Sequence record: SRR31156797_505
Length of the DNA: 64,000 nt
Direction: 5' to 3' (one strand)
Shown here: positions 28,597-38,177 of the stretch, one piece after another
How the letters are laid out: each line of letters opens with the position of its first letter
Position numbering within the stretch: the first letter of the stretch is position 1
Notes under the pieces: generated by a model
Databases searched by the model: none
What the model was told of the DNA's origin: nothing
Seen by the model: the letters and a program-made list of their open reading frames with translations, nothing else
Made by a program: the position numbers and the translations under genes

Positions 28597-29553
28597 ATGA
28601 GATTATTATCATTAGTTACATTGCTACTCCTTATGACAGGGGTGGTCTATGCATCAGGAGATTTCAAGATGGAAGAGAAAACTGCCATTGTTATCACAGC
28701 TTTTGGAACAACCTATGACAGAACACTTAAGTCGATCTTATCCATTGCCGAGGATGCGAAAGCGAAATATCCTAAGGCGGAAGTGAGGCTTGCATTCACG
28801 TCAAACATAATCAGGAAAATCTGGAATAGAAGAGCGGGCGAGCCTGACTACAGAGCTTCACACCCTAATGTTCCGGAGCAGCTTTATAAAGTTAAAAATG
28901 TACTAGGTGTTGTGGGTGATCTGCAAAACGAAGGGTACAGAAATATCATTGTGCAATCCTTACATGTGGCAAATGGTGAGGAGTACCACGACCTCGCATC
29001 GTATGTTAGAGGGCTTGCATCGATCAGAACATTTAAGCCGAAATTTCAGCCTTTTAATGCTATTGTGCTCGGTAAACCGCTGACAGGAACTATCAGCCAT
29101 GTAGAAGCCGTTGAGGCACTGGTAAAAGCGCTTGCTGATGATGTGGCTGAGGCTAAAAAAGCTGGTGCGGCACTGGTTTATATGGGACACGGTAATGAGC
29201 ATATGGCGCAGGGTGTTTACTATGAGCTTGAGCTTATGCTGAACCGGATGTACGGTACACCCGTTATGATCGGTCTTGTGGAAGGTCAACCGGATGTTGA
29301 TACTGTGCTTGATAAACTTAAACACGCAGGCACTAAAAAGGTGATCATCAGACCGCTTATGATAGTTGCTGGGGATCATGCTAATAACGATATGGCTGGT
29401 GATGAGGATGACGCATGGAAAGTGATTCTCACAAAAGCTGGCTATGACGTTACGCCTGTCCTTGAGGGGCTTGGTGATAAGAAAACAGTTAGAGATATCT
29501 TTATAAAACACATTGAGGAGGCGGCCGCAAGAGCGGACATTCCACTTAATTGA
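28597..29553 (+). CDS. cbiK: Sirohydrochlorin cobaltochelatase with signal peptide (periplasmic CbiK-type)
   Basis: AFGTT, AFTSNIIR, QSLHVANGEEY, MGHGNEH, MIVAGDHANNDMAG; N-terminus MRLLSLVTLLLLMTGVVYA; RBS GGAGG. Confidence 0.9.
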   Translation: MRLLSLVTLLLLMTGVVYASGDFKMEEKTAIVITAFGTTYDRTLKSILSIAEDAKAKYPKAEVRLAFTSNIIRKIWNRRAGEPDYRASHPNVPEQLYKVKNVLGVVGDLQNEGYRNIIVQSLHVANGEEYHDLASYVRGLASIRTFKPKFQPFNAIVLGKPLTGTISHVEAVEALVKALADDVAEAKKAGAALVYMGHGNEHMAQGVYYELELMLNRMYGTPVMIGLVEGQPDVDTVLDKLKHAGTKKVIIRPLMIVAGDHANNDMAGDEDDAWKVILTKAGYDVTPVLEGLGDKKTVRDIFIKHIEEAAARADIPLN

Positions 29554-30398
29554 AAGAGATAGAAGTAAAAAACCTGACTAAAAAATTTGGCGATGTTCCG
29601 GCTGTGGAGGATGTAAGCTTTACCGTAGAAACAGGCAGTATCCTTGCGTTCCTCGGTCCGAACGGAGCCGGGAAGACAACAACGGTGAATATGCTCACCG
29701 ACTTGCTCCAGCCGACGTCAGGTGAAATCTTCTATAGGGGTGAAAAGTTTACCTCAAAACGTGACGACCTGAAACGTGCAATAGGCGTTGTCCCACAGCA
29801 TAATAATGTCGATCGTGACCTTTCTGTTTATCAGAATTTAAGGGTGCATGGGATGCTTTTCGGCATGGGCAGGTTGGAGCTTGAAAGAAGGATAGAGGAG
29901 TCGATAGAGTTCGCAGGGCTTTCGGCACACGCCGGCAAAAAGGCGGGCAAGCTCTCAGGCGGGATGAAGCGCAGGCTGATAATAGCCAGGGCACTTCTGC
30001 ATGAACCGTCGATCCTTTTTCTGGATGAGCCGACGGTGGGGCTTGACGCATCTGTCAGGCGGACAATGTGGGACTTTATCAGAAATATAAATACGAATAA
30101 AAACTGCACAGTTTTTCTCACTACTCACTATATCGAAGAGGCTGAGTTGCTCTCTGACAACGTTATCGTCATCGACAGGGCGAAGATTGTTGCGGAGGGT
30201 AACGCTTCTTTGATGAAAGAGCAGATAGGAAAATGGGCACTTGATATATTAGTTGATGATATTACAGAAACAGAGTTTTTCGCCACTCGTGACGAAGCTC
30301 TCGCTAGGCTGGCTGAGACCAGCGAAACAGCAAAGCTACGCAAGACAAACCTTGAGGACGTTTACCTCTCCATTACAGGTCGGAGGATAGACGTATGA
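29550..30398 (+). CDS. ABC-2 type exporter ATP-binding subunit (NodI/DrrA-like)
   Basis: GPNGAGKTT, LSGGMKRR, LDEPTVGLD, LTTHYIEEAE, NLEDVYL. Confidence 0.9.
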   Translation: MKEIEVKNLTKKFGDVPAVEDVSFTVETGSILAFLGPNGAGKTTTVNMLTDLLQPTSGEIFYRGEKFTSKRDDLKRAIGVVPQHNNVDRDLSVYQNLRVHGMLFGMGRLELERRIEESIEFAGLSAHAGKKAGKLSGGMKRRLIIARALLHEPSILFLDEPTVGLDASVRRTMWDFIRNINTNKNCTVFLTTHYIEEAELLSDNVIVIDRAKIVAEGNASLMKEQIGKWALDILVDDITETEFFATRDEALARLAETSETAKLRKTNLEDVYLSITGRRIDV

Positions 30399-31138
30399 TG
30401 CTTAACGGCATAAAAGGTATATACTACAGAGAGTTTCTCGTTTTATACAGCAGACGCTGGAAGATACTTATGGCTTCTTCCATCTCGCCGTTACTGTTCC
30501 TTTTGGCTTTCGGCTACGGTGTCGGGCGTTTTAGCAATGTTGACGGCGTAGGTTATTTGGCGTTTCTAATACCGGGACTTATCGCCATGAGCAGCATGAA
30601 TCAGGCTTACGGCATATCCACCGAGATAAACATTTCACGTTTTTACTTTAAAGTTTTTGACGAATACCTGCTGGCTCCGATCAGGCGCTGGGAGATAGTC
30701 GTGGGCGAGATGTTATACGGTGTGACTAGGGGATTTATCCCAGTGGTCATCGTTGGGATATACGGCTTTGCGATTGGTGTGGAGCTGAATATTACGCCGC
30801 TATTTTTTATAAGCATGATTATGCATCTGTTCATATTTGCTCTCTTGGGGCTGATAGTTGCGCTGATGGTTAAGAATCACGGTGACCAGTTCGCTGTGAA
30901 TACATTTGTGATAACGCCGATGGTATTTCTGTCGGGGACTTTCTATCCTGTGGATAAGATGCCGCTTGTTGTGCAGTGGATAGCTAAGGCTTTTCCGCTT
31001 ACTTATTCCACAAAGTTAATCAGATATTCTCTCCTCGGTGGTGAGCTGAATGTCCTCGGGCATCTGGCTATACTGCTTGTGATATTCGCAGTTCTTTTCA
31101 CGTTTGCTTACAGAGTTGTGAGCAGGGTAGAGGCTTAG
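30395..31138 (+). CDS. ABC-2 type exporter permease (NodJ/DrrB-like)
   Basis: YLAFLIPGL, EYLLAP, PMVFLSGTFYP, FPLT; about 6 TM. Confidence 0.88.
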   Translation: MMLNGIKGIYYREFLVLYSRRWKILMASSISPLLFLLAFGYGVGRFSNVDGVGYLAFLIPGLIAMSSMNQAYGISTEINISRFYFKVFDEYLLAPIRRWEIVVGEMLYGVTRGFIPVVIVGIYGFAIGVELNITPLFFISMIMHLFIFALLGLIVALMVKNHGDQFAVNTFVITPMVFLSGTFYPVDKMPLVVQWIAKAFPLTYSTKLIRYSLLGGELNVLGHLAILLVIFAVLFTFAYRVVSRVEA

Positions 31139-31139
31139 T

Positions 31140-32090
31140 ATGAGGCTGGCAATAGCTCTTCTGTTGTGCGTAACCGTAGTTATTGCTGCGATGACCGGTT
31201 CGACAGAGATAAATATATTTGAGATGACCGAAGTGCAAAAAAATATCTTCTGGTCGATACGCATGCCTAGGGTACTTTTCGCCGCTGTGATAGGCGGGAT
31301 GCTAGGCGTCAGCGGTTCGGTTTATCAGCTTGTTCTGAAAAATCCTCTGGCGGACAGTTTTACCACCGGAGCGGCATCATCGTCGGCACTCGGCGCTGTT
31401 GTGGCTATTGCGCTCGGTTTCCCTGTGGCTCTTATTTCACCATGTGCGCTTGTTACAGGTCTTGGCGGTTTGATGATAGTCTATAAGCTCTCGTCTGTTA
31501 AGGGGCGTTTGATATCGCCTGTGACGATGATACTTGCAGGTGTTGTTTTGAATATTGTCGCCTCATCTGTGATAGGTTTCACTAAGTTTTATTTCGAAGA
31601 GTCATTATCCTCCATTGTCTTCTGGCTGATGGGTGGTTTTTTTATAGTTTCATATCAGAAGATTACAGCAGGCGTTACGGTTTTGCTTGTGGTTTACGCT
31701 TATTTTCATATGCGTTCCGGCAGGCTTAATCTACTTGCGATGGATGAATATTCCGCAGAGACATCAGGTGTAAACGTTCGTGTTGAACGTATGCTTGCGT
31801 TTGTTTTATCCACGCTTTTAGTTGCGGTGGCGGTTAGCTTCAGCGGGCTGATCGGATTTGTCGGCTTGATAGTTCCCCACGTTGCGAGAAGTTTTTTCGG
31901 CTCAGATATGAAGTTAAATATTTTTTATTCAGCTTTCATGGGTGCGATACTTCTTGTGGTTTCTGATGCGGTGGCTCGCAGTATCATCCCGGGCGGGACA
32001 GAGCTTCCCGTTGGGATAATTACAGCTATTCTGGGCGGTTTCTTCTTCCTTTATATGCTTAAGAAGCGGTCAAGGCAGGTGTGGTTATGA
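31140..32090 (+). CDS. FecCD/BtuC family import permease
   Basis: IRMPR, KNPLAD, GLIGFVGLIVPH, ELPVGIITA. Confidence 0.92.
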   Translation: MRLAIALLLCVTVVIAAMTGSTEINIFEMTEVQKNIFWSIRMPRVLFAAVIGGMLGVSGSVYQLVLKNPLADSFTTGAASSSALGAVVAIALGFPVALISPCALVTGLGGLMIVYKLSSVKGRLISPVTMILAGVVLNIVASSVIGFTKFYFEESLSSIVFWLMGGFFIVSYQKITAGVTVLLVVYAYFHMRSGRLNLLAMDEYSAETSGVNVRVERMLAFVLSTLLVAVAVSFSGLIGFVGLIVPHVARSFFGSDMKLNIFYSAFMGAILLVVSDAVARSIIPGGTELPVGIITAILGGFFFLYMLKKRSRQVWL

Positions 32091-32794
32091 TACACACAGG
32101 TCAGATAGATTTTAAACGTAGCGGCTTTCACTTAACTGTTGAGCCGTTTGAGATAAATCGTGGCGAAAAGGTCGCAATACTTGGCGAAAACGGATCGGGT
32201 AAGAGCACGCTTATGCACCTGCTTGTCGGTGTGCTGGGGAAGGCTGACGTGAGTTTTCAGGGGGAGAATCTTCAAAAGATGGGATACGGTGAGCGGGCGA
32301 GGATGTTTTCATTCCTTCCGCAATTGCCGGAGGTATCATTCCCGTTTACAGTTTTTGAGGTTGTCCGGTTCGGCAGATTTCAGCAGGGTGACGATGTTGA
32401 TGAACAAACAGAAAGAAGCTTGAAAGCTGCGGACATGTATCACCTGAAAGATAAAGCTTTCAACGAGCTGTCAGGCGGTGAGAAGCGCAGGGTGATGTTC
32501 GCCCGAGTGATAAATCAGGACACGCCGGTTCAGTTTTTGGATGAGCCGATATCCATGCTAGATATTCGTCATAAACTTGAGATTCTACAGCTTGTTACAG
32601 ACAGCGAAAAGACAGTCATCGTTTCTATACACGATGTAAATCTTGCGCTGGAATACTTTGACAGGCTTATATTTTTAAAAGACGGTAAATGCGTCGCCGA
32701 TCTGAGAAGGGAAGAGGTTGACGCTCAAATTATAACTGAGGTGTTTGATGTTAAAGTCAGTGGTACTGCTGGTAATTTTAAGTTTTACCTTTAG
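32087..32794 (+). CDS. Iron-chelate/cobalamin import ABC ATPase (BtuD-like)
   Basis: GENGSGKST, LSGGEKRR, LDEP, IHDVNLA; ATGA overlap with the permease. Confidence 0.9.
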   Translation: MIHTGQIDFKRSGFHLTVEPFEINRGEKVAILGENGSGKSTLMHLLVGVLGKADVSFQGENLQKMGYGERARMFSFLPQLPEVSFPFTVFEVVRFGRFQQGDDVDEQTERSLKAADMYHLKDKAFNELSGGEKRRVMFARVINQDTPVQFLDEPISMLDIRHKLEILQLVTDSEKTVIVSIHDVNLALEYFDRLIFLKDGKCVADLRREEVDAQIITEVFDVKVSGTAGNFKFYL

Positions 32795-33536
32795 TGCTTT
32801 TGCCGCTGAAAGGGTTATTTTGCTCGCTCCGGCCGCTGCTGATATCATGCAGAAACTCGGTTGTGAGGATAAGATCGTCGGCAAGACAAAAAGTGTGGAA
32901 GAGTTCCCAAAAGCCGTTAAGGTTGGGAGTCATATCCGCCCGAATATTGAGCTGATCATGTCGCTTAAACCTGATGTGATTGTCATACCTTCCAACCGTT
33001 TCTTTACTGAGGAGATGGTGAAAGAGGTTGGTGTGCCAGTGTTTCAGTATAATCCGTACACCCTTGATGAGATACTTATTGGTATCGCTGAGGTGGGTGA
33101 GCTGATGAATAAACAGGCTGAGGCTGAGAAGCTTATCGCCCATTTACGTTCCACGACAAATCAACTAAAAGAGGTGACTACCTCCCCCACGGTGCTGTTT
33201 GAGTCGATGCAGATACCTTACACAGTGGCAGGGGCTAAAAGTGTTGTGGCGGATATTATCAAAAAAGCTGGCGGTAATTTTGTGATAACAGACAAGCGGA
33301 AGATGGTGCGTTTCAATATGGAATCCACTGTTGCTATTAATCCTGATATTTATATTTATCAGGTTGGGCCTATGAATAAAAAGCCTGAACCGCCAAAGGA
33401 TAGGGCAGTTTTCAGGACGATGAAAGCAAAATATATAAAAGTTGATGAGAGAAAATTTTCAAGAGCGAACTCTATCTCTTTCGAGAATGTGTTGATGCTT
33501 AACGAGCTTTTTTCTCAGTTTAAGAGGGATAAATGA
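32748..33536 (+). CDS. BtuF-like periplasmic binding protein
   Basis: Signal peptide ending AFA-A, RVILLAP, PNIELIMSLKPD. Confidence 0.85.
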   Translation: MLKSVVLLVILSFTFSAFAAERVILLAPAAADIMQKLGCEDKIVGKTKSVEEFPKAVKVGSHIRPNIELIMSLKPDVIVIPSNRFFTEEMVKEVGVPVFQYNPYTLDEILIGIAEVGELMNKQAEAEKLIAHLRSTTNQLKEVTTSPTVLFESMQIPYTVAGAKSVVADIIKKAGGNFVITDKRKMVRFNMESTVAINPDIYIYQVGPMNKKPEPPKDRAVFRTMKAKYIKVDERKFSRANSISFENVLMLNELFSQFKRDK

Positions 33537-34240
33537 GAGAGTTAATAATAATCGGTGCTGGGCTTGGTGCTCAGTCTATCACCCTGCAAGGTGTGAACGA
33601 GCTTAAGCGAGCGGACGTTGTTCTCTACGACAGGCTCTCGCATCCGGACATACTTAAATACGCTGAGGGCGAGCTTGTTGAGGTGGGGAAAACTCCTTAT
33701 AAACATTGTATCCGCCAGAATGAAATAAATGATCTGATCAAAAAATACCTTAGTGAAGATAAGGTTGTCGCTAGGCTGAAAGGTGGCGACAGCACTGTTT
33801 TCGCTCGCTCCATCGAAGAGATTGAAGCTGCGGAAGATGCTGATGCACCAGTGAAAGTTATCCCAGGTGTTACATCTGCGGCGACGCTTTCGGCTAAGAT
33901 GAAGGCTGCTCTCACTGACAGGCGCACTGCCTCCGGTGTAGTCTTCATAACAGGTCATCCTAAAAACGGAACCATAGAGGATACTTATAACTGGAAAGCG
34001 CTTGCGTCCCTCAATCTGACTATTGTTATATATATGGGTGTGAAAAATTCGCCTAAGATTTCAGAGATGCTTATCTCCGGCGGGATGTCTGCGGATACTC
34101 CTGTTATGATTGGCGAAAAGCTTGAAACAGAAGGTGAGCGCCTCTTTGAATGCGATCTCAAAGGTTTAGCCGAGTTTATAGACGATAATGAAATAGAGAA
34201 TCCGGCGACTATTGTTATCGGGAAGATTGGTCATCCCTAG
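33533..34240 (+). CDS. cobA: Uroporphyrinogen-III C-methyltransferase
   Basis: IGAG, VLYDRL, RLKGGD, PGVTS, ITGH, YMG. Confidence 0.92.
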   Translation: MRELIIIGAGLGAQSITLQGVNELKRADVVLYDRLSHPDILKYAEGELVEVGKTPYKHCIRQNEINDLIKKYLSEDKVVARLKGGDSTVFARSIEEIEAAEDADAPVKVIPGVTSAATLSAKMKAALTDRRTASGVVFITGHPKNGTIEDTYNWKALASLNLTIVIYMGVKNSPKISEMLISGGMSADTPVMIGEKLETEGERLFECDLKGLAEFIDDNEIENPATIVIGKIGHP

Positions 34241-36599
34241 GGAACGACAGGGTGGTATTTAAGCCGTTATCATCCTTATGGTCGATATCGCCTTTTATCT
34301 GCTTTGTCAGTGATTTGATTACTGTGAAGCCCAGGCTTTTTCCAGTATGAATGTCATCGCTGTTCTCCAGCCCTTTACCATTGTCTTTTAGCCAGAAAAC
34401 ATACCTGTCGCCATATTCTTTCAAGCCGACTTCAATCTCTTTTTCAGGTTGTTCCGGATCAAAAGCATGTTTCATAGAGTTAGTGAATAGCTCAGTTGTG
34501 ATAAGCCCGATAGGGACTGCTTTGTCGATGGAAATGCTGAAATCGTCTATATCAGTTATAACTCTTATGTCTCCGTTTACAGTAAACATAGTTTTGAGGT
34601 CTAGCAGGAGCCTTTCGAGGTAAGATTTGATGCTGAGTGCATTTAGACCTTTTGTCTGATAGAGAAGCTCGTGGATGAGTGCCATAGACCTGATTCTGGC
34701 TATAGAGTCATTAAGATACTGCGCATGCTTTTTATCATCCATAGTGTCAATCTGGAGCGAGAGCAGGCTGCTTATTATCTGAAGATTATTTTTTACCCTG
34801 TGGTGGACTTCTCTCAGGAGTACACTGTTTTCATCAATCTGCTGAACCATTTTCTGCTCGTTGTGCAGCTCTTCCGTTATATCTCTGAAGATAACGATGC
34901 AGTTCTTTCTGCTGTTGTAATATTTAAGGTTGCTAAGTGTTATATCTATGGAGAAGACTGAGCCGTCTTTGTGCGCCATGAAGTCCCTGTAGTGTATAAA
35001 CTCCTCATCATTTTTAAGAAATTTCATTATAGGACAATTTTCTATGCCTATATGTCCTTCTTCAGAAGGGTGGTGAAGAATCATGTGCGGGTTTTGCCCT
35101 GTTAGCTCCTGTGCAGTGTATCCTAAAAGCTTTTGTGCGAATGCATTAACAAAAAATATCTCGCCCTTATCGTTAAGCCCCATTACACCCTCGTTAAGTG
35201 ATTCAAGTATGGCACTTTGCAGTGTTGAGATATTTCGAAGTTCTTTTTGGAAGTAAAGCTCACTGGTGATGTCAGAAAAGTTGATATACAGATATTTAAC
35301 ATTATCAAAGAAGAGCGGGGAGTAGCTTACCTGAACAGTTTTAATATTACCTCTTCTGTCGATTGTCTGAAACTTCTCCTGTCTGTCGCCTGTATTACTA
35401 ACGTGCCAGAAATATTCCGACTCACGCTTAGTGATGAAAAGGTTATCAATCTTCATAGAGCGCAGTTCATTTATGTCATATTTATAGAAGTCTCTCAGTG
35501 GGTTATTAGCGTCTACTATGGTTCCAGTCTCTGCATTTACGAGCATTTGCATAGATATTGATTTCTGGAAAATAGCTTCGTACCAGTCTTGCCTGTCAAC
35601 TAAAGTATCAAATGCTAATACGTCTTTTGTGACATCTTTTATATATCCTATGGTCTGTTCTATAGATTCATCGAGACCGTAATAGTTAGTGTAGGAGTAC
35701 TCAAGTATAAGGTCTTTGCCGGATTTTGCTTTTGATTCGTGTGTGTTTATGCCAAACTTATGCGGTGGTGCTGTCTGGTGCTCAGCTTGCATCTTAACCA
35801 GGAAATTTTTGAAAAACCTCTCCTGAAGTTCTTCATACTTAAGTATTTCAGCAATGTTATAGCCTGTAATTTTCTCAACAGCAGGGTTCAGGTATTTTAA
35901 TGTCATTTTCGAACCGTAGCTTACTATAAAGATGATATCGTCTGATACTTCTGCTATACGCCTGAAGTTGATCTCACGCTCTTTGATGTCTTTTTTAACT
36001 TTTTCAAAATGGAGAAGTATTATCCCTGATGCAGAAGTTAGTGTAAGAAGGACTGCAATGTGATATCCGAGCGGCTCAAACCACTCTATATTCGCCAGGA
36101 AGGGGTAATCAATCTTTTGTATACCCCAGATAACTATCGAAGTTCCGGCGAGTCTGCCTCCCAAACTGAATTTTCTTGTATGTTTGAAGATCTGGTAACC
36201 CGACATGATAAATACAATAGCTGTTAATGTTTGAAAATATAGCTCAGTAAGGTGCAGCGGAACATGACCGAAATATATGATAATGCCCATCATAATAGCC
36301 AGAGAAATTAGCCTTGTTACTGTTTGAGTTTTTCTGCTGGATACGAAATTTAAAGCACCTATAAGAAGGAAATACCCGCTGATAAACTCCGCTAGCAAGT
36401 GAACAAAAGGCGAATGTATACTCACAGGGTTTAGTGTATGGAGTAGATCTATCGAAAGGATGAAAGAGAAACAGAGCCAGCTTAAACACCAGTATATGAG
36501 ATAGGTTTTCCTCTCGATAGCGTACAGTATTACGAACATTATCGAGAATATTACCGAAGCAGTAAGGATTGATGTGATGTCGTAAACTATATCGTACAT
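34215..36599 (-). CDS. Multi-TM PAS histidine kinase (HisKA_2/HWE-related)
   Basis: About 7 N-terminal TM segments, three PAS domains, EVHHRVKNNLQ, ELFTNSMKHAF, DNGKG, SLG. Confidence 0.9.
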   Translation of the reverse strand: MYDIVYDITSILTASVIFSIMFVILYAIERKTYLIYWCLSWLCFSFILSIDLLHTLNPVSIHSPFVHLLAEFISGYFLLIGALNFVSSRKTQTVTRLISLAIMMGIIIYFGHVPLHLTELYFQTLTAIVFIMSGYQIFKHTRKFSLGGRLAGTSIVIWGIQKIDYPFLANIEWFEPLGYHIAVLLTLTSASGIILLHFEKVKKDIKEREINFRRIAEVSDDIIFIVSYGSKMTLKYLNPAVEKITGYNIAEILKYEELQERFFKNFLVKMQAEHQTAPPHKFGINTHESKAKSGKDLILEYSYTNYYGLDESIEQTIGYIKDVTKDVLAFDTLVDRQDWYEAIFQKSISMQMLVNAETGTIVDANNPLRDFYKYDINELRSMKIDNLFITKRESEYFWHVSNTGDRQEKFQTIDRRGNIKTVQVSYSPLFFDNVKYLYINFSDITSELYFQKELRNISTLQSAILESLNEGVMGLNDKGEIFFVNAFAQKLLGYTAQELTGQNPHMILHHPSEEGHIGIENCPIMKFLKNDEEFIHYRDFMAHKDGSVFSIDITLSNLKYYNSRKNCIVIFRDITEELHNEQKMVQQIDENSVLLREVHHRVKNNLQIISSLLSLQIDTMDDKKHAQYLNDSIARIRSMALIHELLYQTKGLNALSIKSYLERLLLDLKTMFTVNGDIRVITDIDDFSISIDKAVPIGLITTELFTNSMKHAFDPEQPEKEIEVGLKEYGDRYVFWLKDNGKGLENSDDIHTGKSLGFTVIKSLTKQIKGDIDHKDDNGLNTTLSFPRDDQSSR

Positions 36600-36609
36600 G
36601 ATTACCTTA

Positions 36610-37689
36610 TTAATGTTTCATACAGAACTGTGTGATAGCCATAGGGATGTCTGTGAGCGACATTATCCTGTCTACTCCGCCGTGCTCAATAGCAACTTTT
36701 GGCATACCGAATACTACACTGCTCTTTTCGTCCTGAGCGAAATTATATGCGCCGGCATCTTTCATCTCTTTCATACCACGTGCTCCGTCATCGCCCATGC
36801 CGGTGAGGATAACCCCCACAGCATTTTTACCGACATATCTGGCACCTGAGCGGAAGAGGACATCGACAGACGGTCTGTGTCTGCTGACAAGTGGTCCTTC
36901 TTTCGTTTCAACAAAATACCTAGCACCGCTTCGCTTGATGAGCAGGTGCTTATTGCCGGGCGCAAGCAGAACTCTGCCTGGGAGAACTGTGTCGCCGAAG
37001 TCCGCCTGTTTGACAGAGAGCGCACAAAGGTCATTTAACCTCTGAGCGAACGACAGAGTAAAATTCTCAGGCATGTGCTGAACAATGACAACACCCGGGC
37101 TGTTTTGCGGGAGACCCTGTAGAAAAACAGTCAGAGCCTCTGTCCCACCTGTTGATGCACCTACTAAGATTACTTTTTCAGTGGTCTTAAGCATAGCGTC
37201 TGATGTTGGTTTCGATGATGCGATAACAGCGTCCGCTGTGAGCTTAGGCTGTACTTTGTATATACTTTCAGATAATTTTTTCGGTTTAACTTTTGCGGCA
37301 CCTTTCACAGCATCGCAGATGATGACCTTCGACTCTTCGAGGAATGTTTTCGTTCCTACTTTCGGTTTTTGTATGATGTCTACTGCGCCATATTCCATGG
37401 CTTTCAAGGCTGTCTCAGAGTTTGATTCTGTGAGAGTTGAGCACATTACAACGGGGATGGGGTGCTGTGTCATTATTTTTCTGAGGAATGTTATGCCGTC
37501 CATCTTCGGCATTTCAACATCAAGGGTTATTACATCCGGTATGAATGTTTTCATCTTTTCAGCTGCAGCAAAAGGGTCGCTACAGCATACTATTTCACCT
37601 ATGTCTTTATCGCTAGCGAGAACATCGTGCATAGTCTGCCTGACTACGGCTGAGTCGTCGACTACCATTACTTTTAATTTTTCGCTCAT
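36610..37689 (-). CDS. cheB: Chemotaxis response regulator methylesterase
   Basis: REC plus [25 protein letters not shown]. Confidence 0.96.
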   Translation of the reverse strand: MSEKLKVMVVDDSAVVRQTMHDVLASDKDIGEIVCCSDPFAAAEKMKTFIPDVITLDVEMPKMDGITFLRKIMTQHPIPVVMCSTLTESNSETALKAMEYGAVDIIQKPKVGTKTFLEESKVIICDAVKGAAKVKPKKLSESIYKVQPKLTADAVIASSKPTSDAMLKTTEKVILVGASTGGTEALTVFLQGLPQNSPGVVIVQHMPENFTLSFAQRLNDLCALSVKQADFGDTVLPGRVLLAPGNKHLLIKRSGARYFVETKEGPLVSRHRPSVDVLFRSGARYVGKNAVGVILTGMGDDGARGMKEMKDAGAYNFAQDEKSSVVFGMPKVAIEHGGVDRIMSLTDIPMAITQFCMKH

Positions 37690-38177
37690 TATATCCCCTG
37701 AAGTTTGGATATCTTTCTGACGTAAACTATACCAGTTTCTGTAGAGAAATACAGCTTTCTGGTGAATTGCCCGCCGATATCTTTTGCGACTATGTTGTAA
37801 CGCAGATCACTTAGGCACCTTACAGCGGATGCAATGTTTTTTGCTCCGATGGTTTCAATGTTTTTATTATAATCGAACATGTCAGAACCGCCGAATATTT
37901 TTACTTCTGTTTCGTCCGGTGTGACACCTCTGTTTAAAAACGTTTCATGCATATGGAGTATACAGCAGTCGATATATTTCATACAGTTGTCATCCTGTTT
38001 GAAAGCTTCGAGTGCTGACGGGAGCATTCCGTGACAGATCATCCCAAAGCTTGTACGTTTCGAGTACATTGTGACAGAGATGCATGAGCCGAGGACAGTA
38101 TTGACCATTACAGGCACACCGGATTTATAGATCTCTCCGGGCAGTAAGTATTCACATCTGACATCATCGAACTGCAT
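37689..38177 (-). CDS. cheD: Chemoreceptor glutamine deamidase
   Basis: [28 protein letters not shown]. Confidence 0.92.
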   Translation of the reverse strand: MQFDDVRCEYLLPGEIYKSGVPVMVNTVLGSCISVTMYSKRTSFGMICHGMLPSALEAFKQDDNCMKYIDCCILHMHETFLNRGVTPDETEVKIFGGSDMFDYNKNIETIGAKNIASAVRCLSDLRYNIVAKDIGGQFTRKLYFSTETGIVYVRKISKLQGI

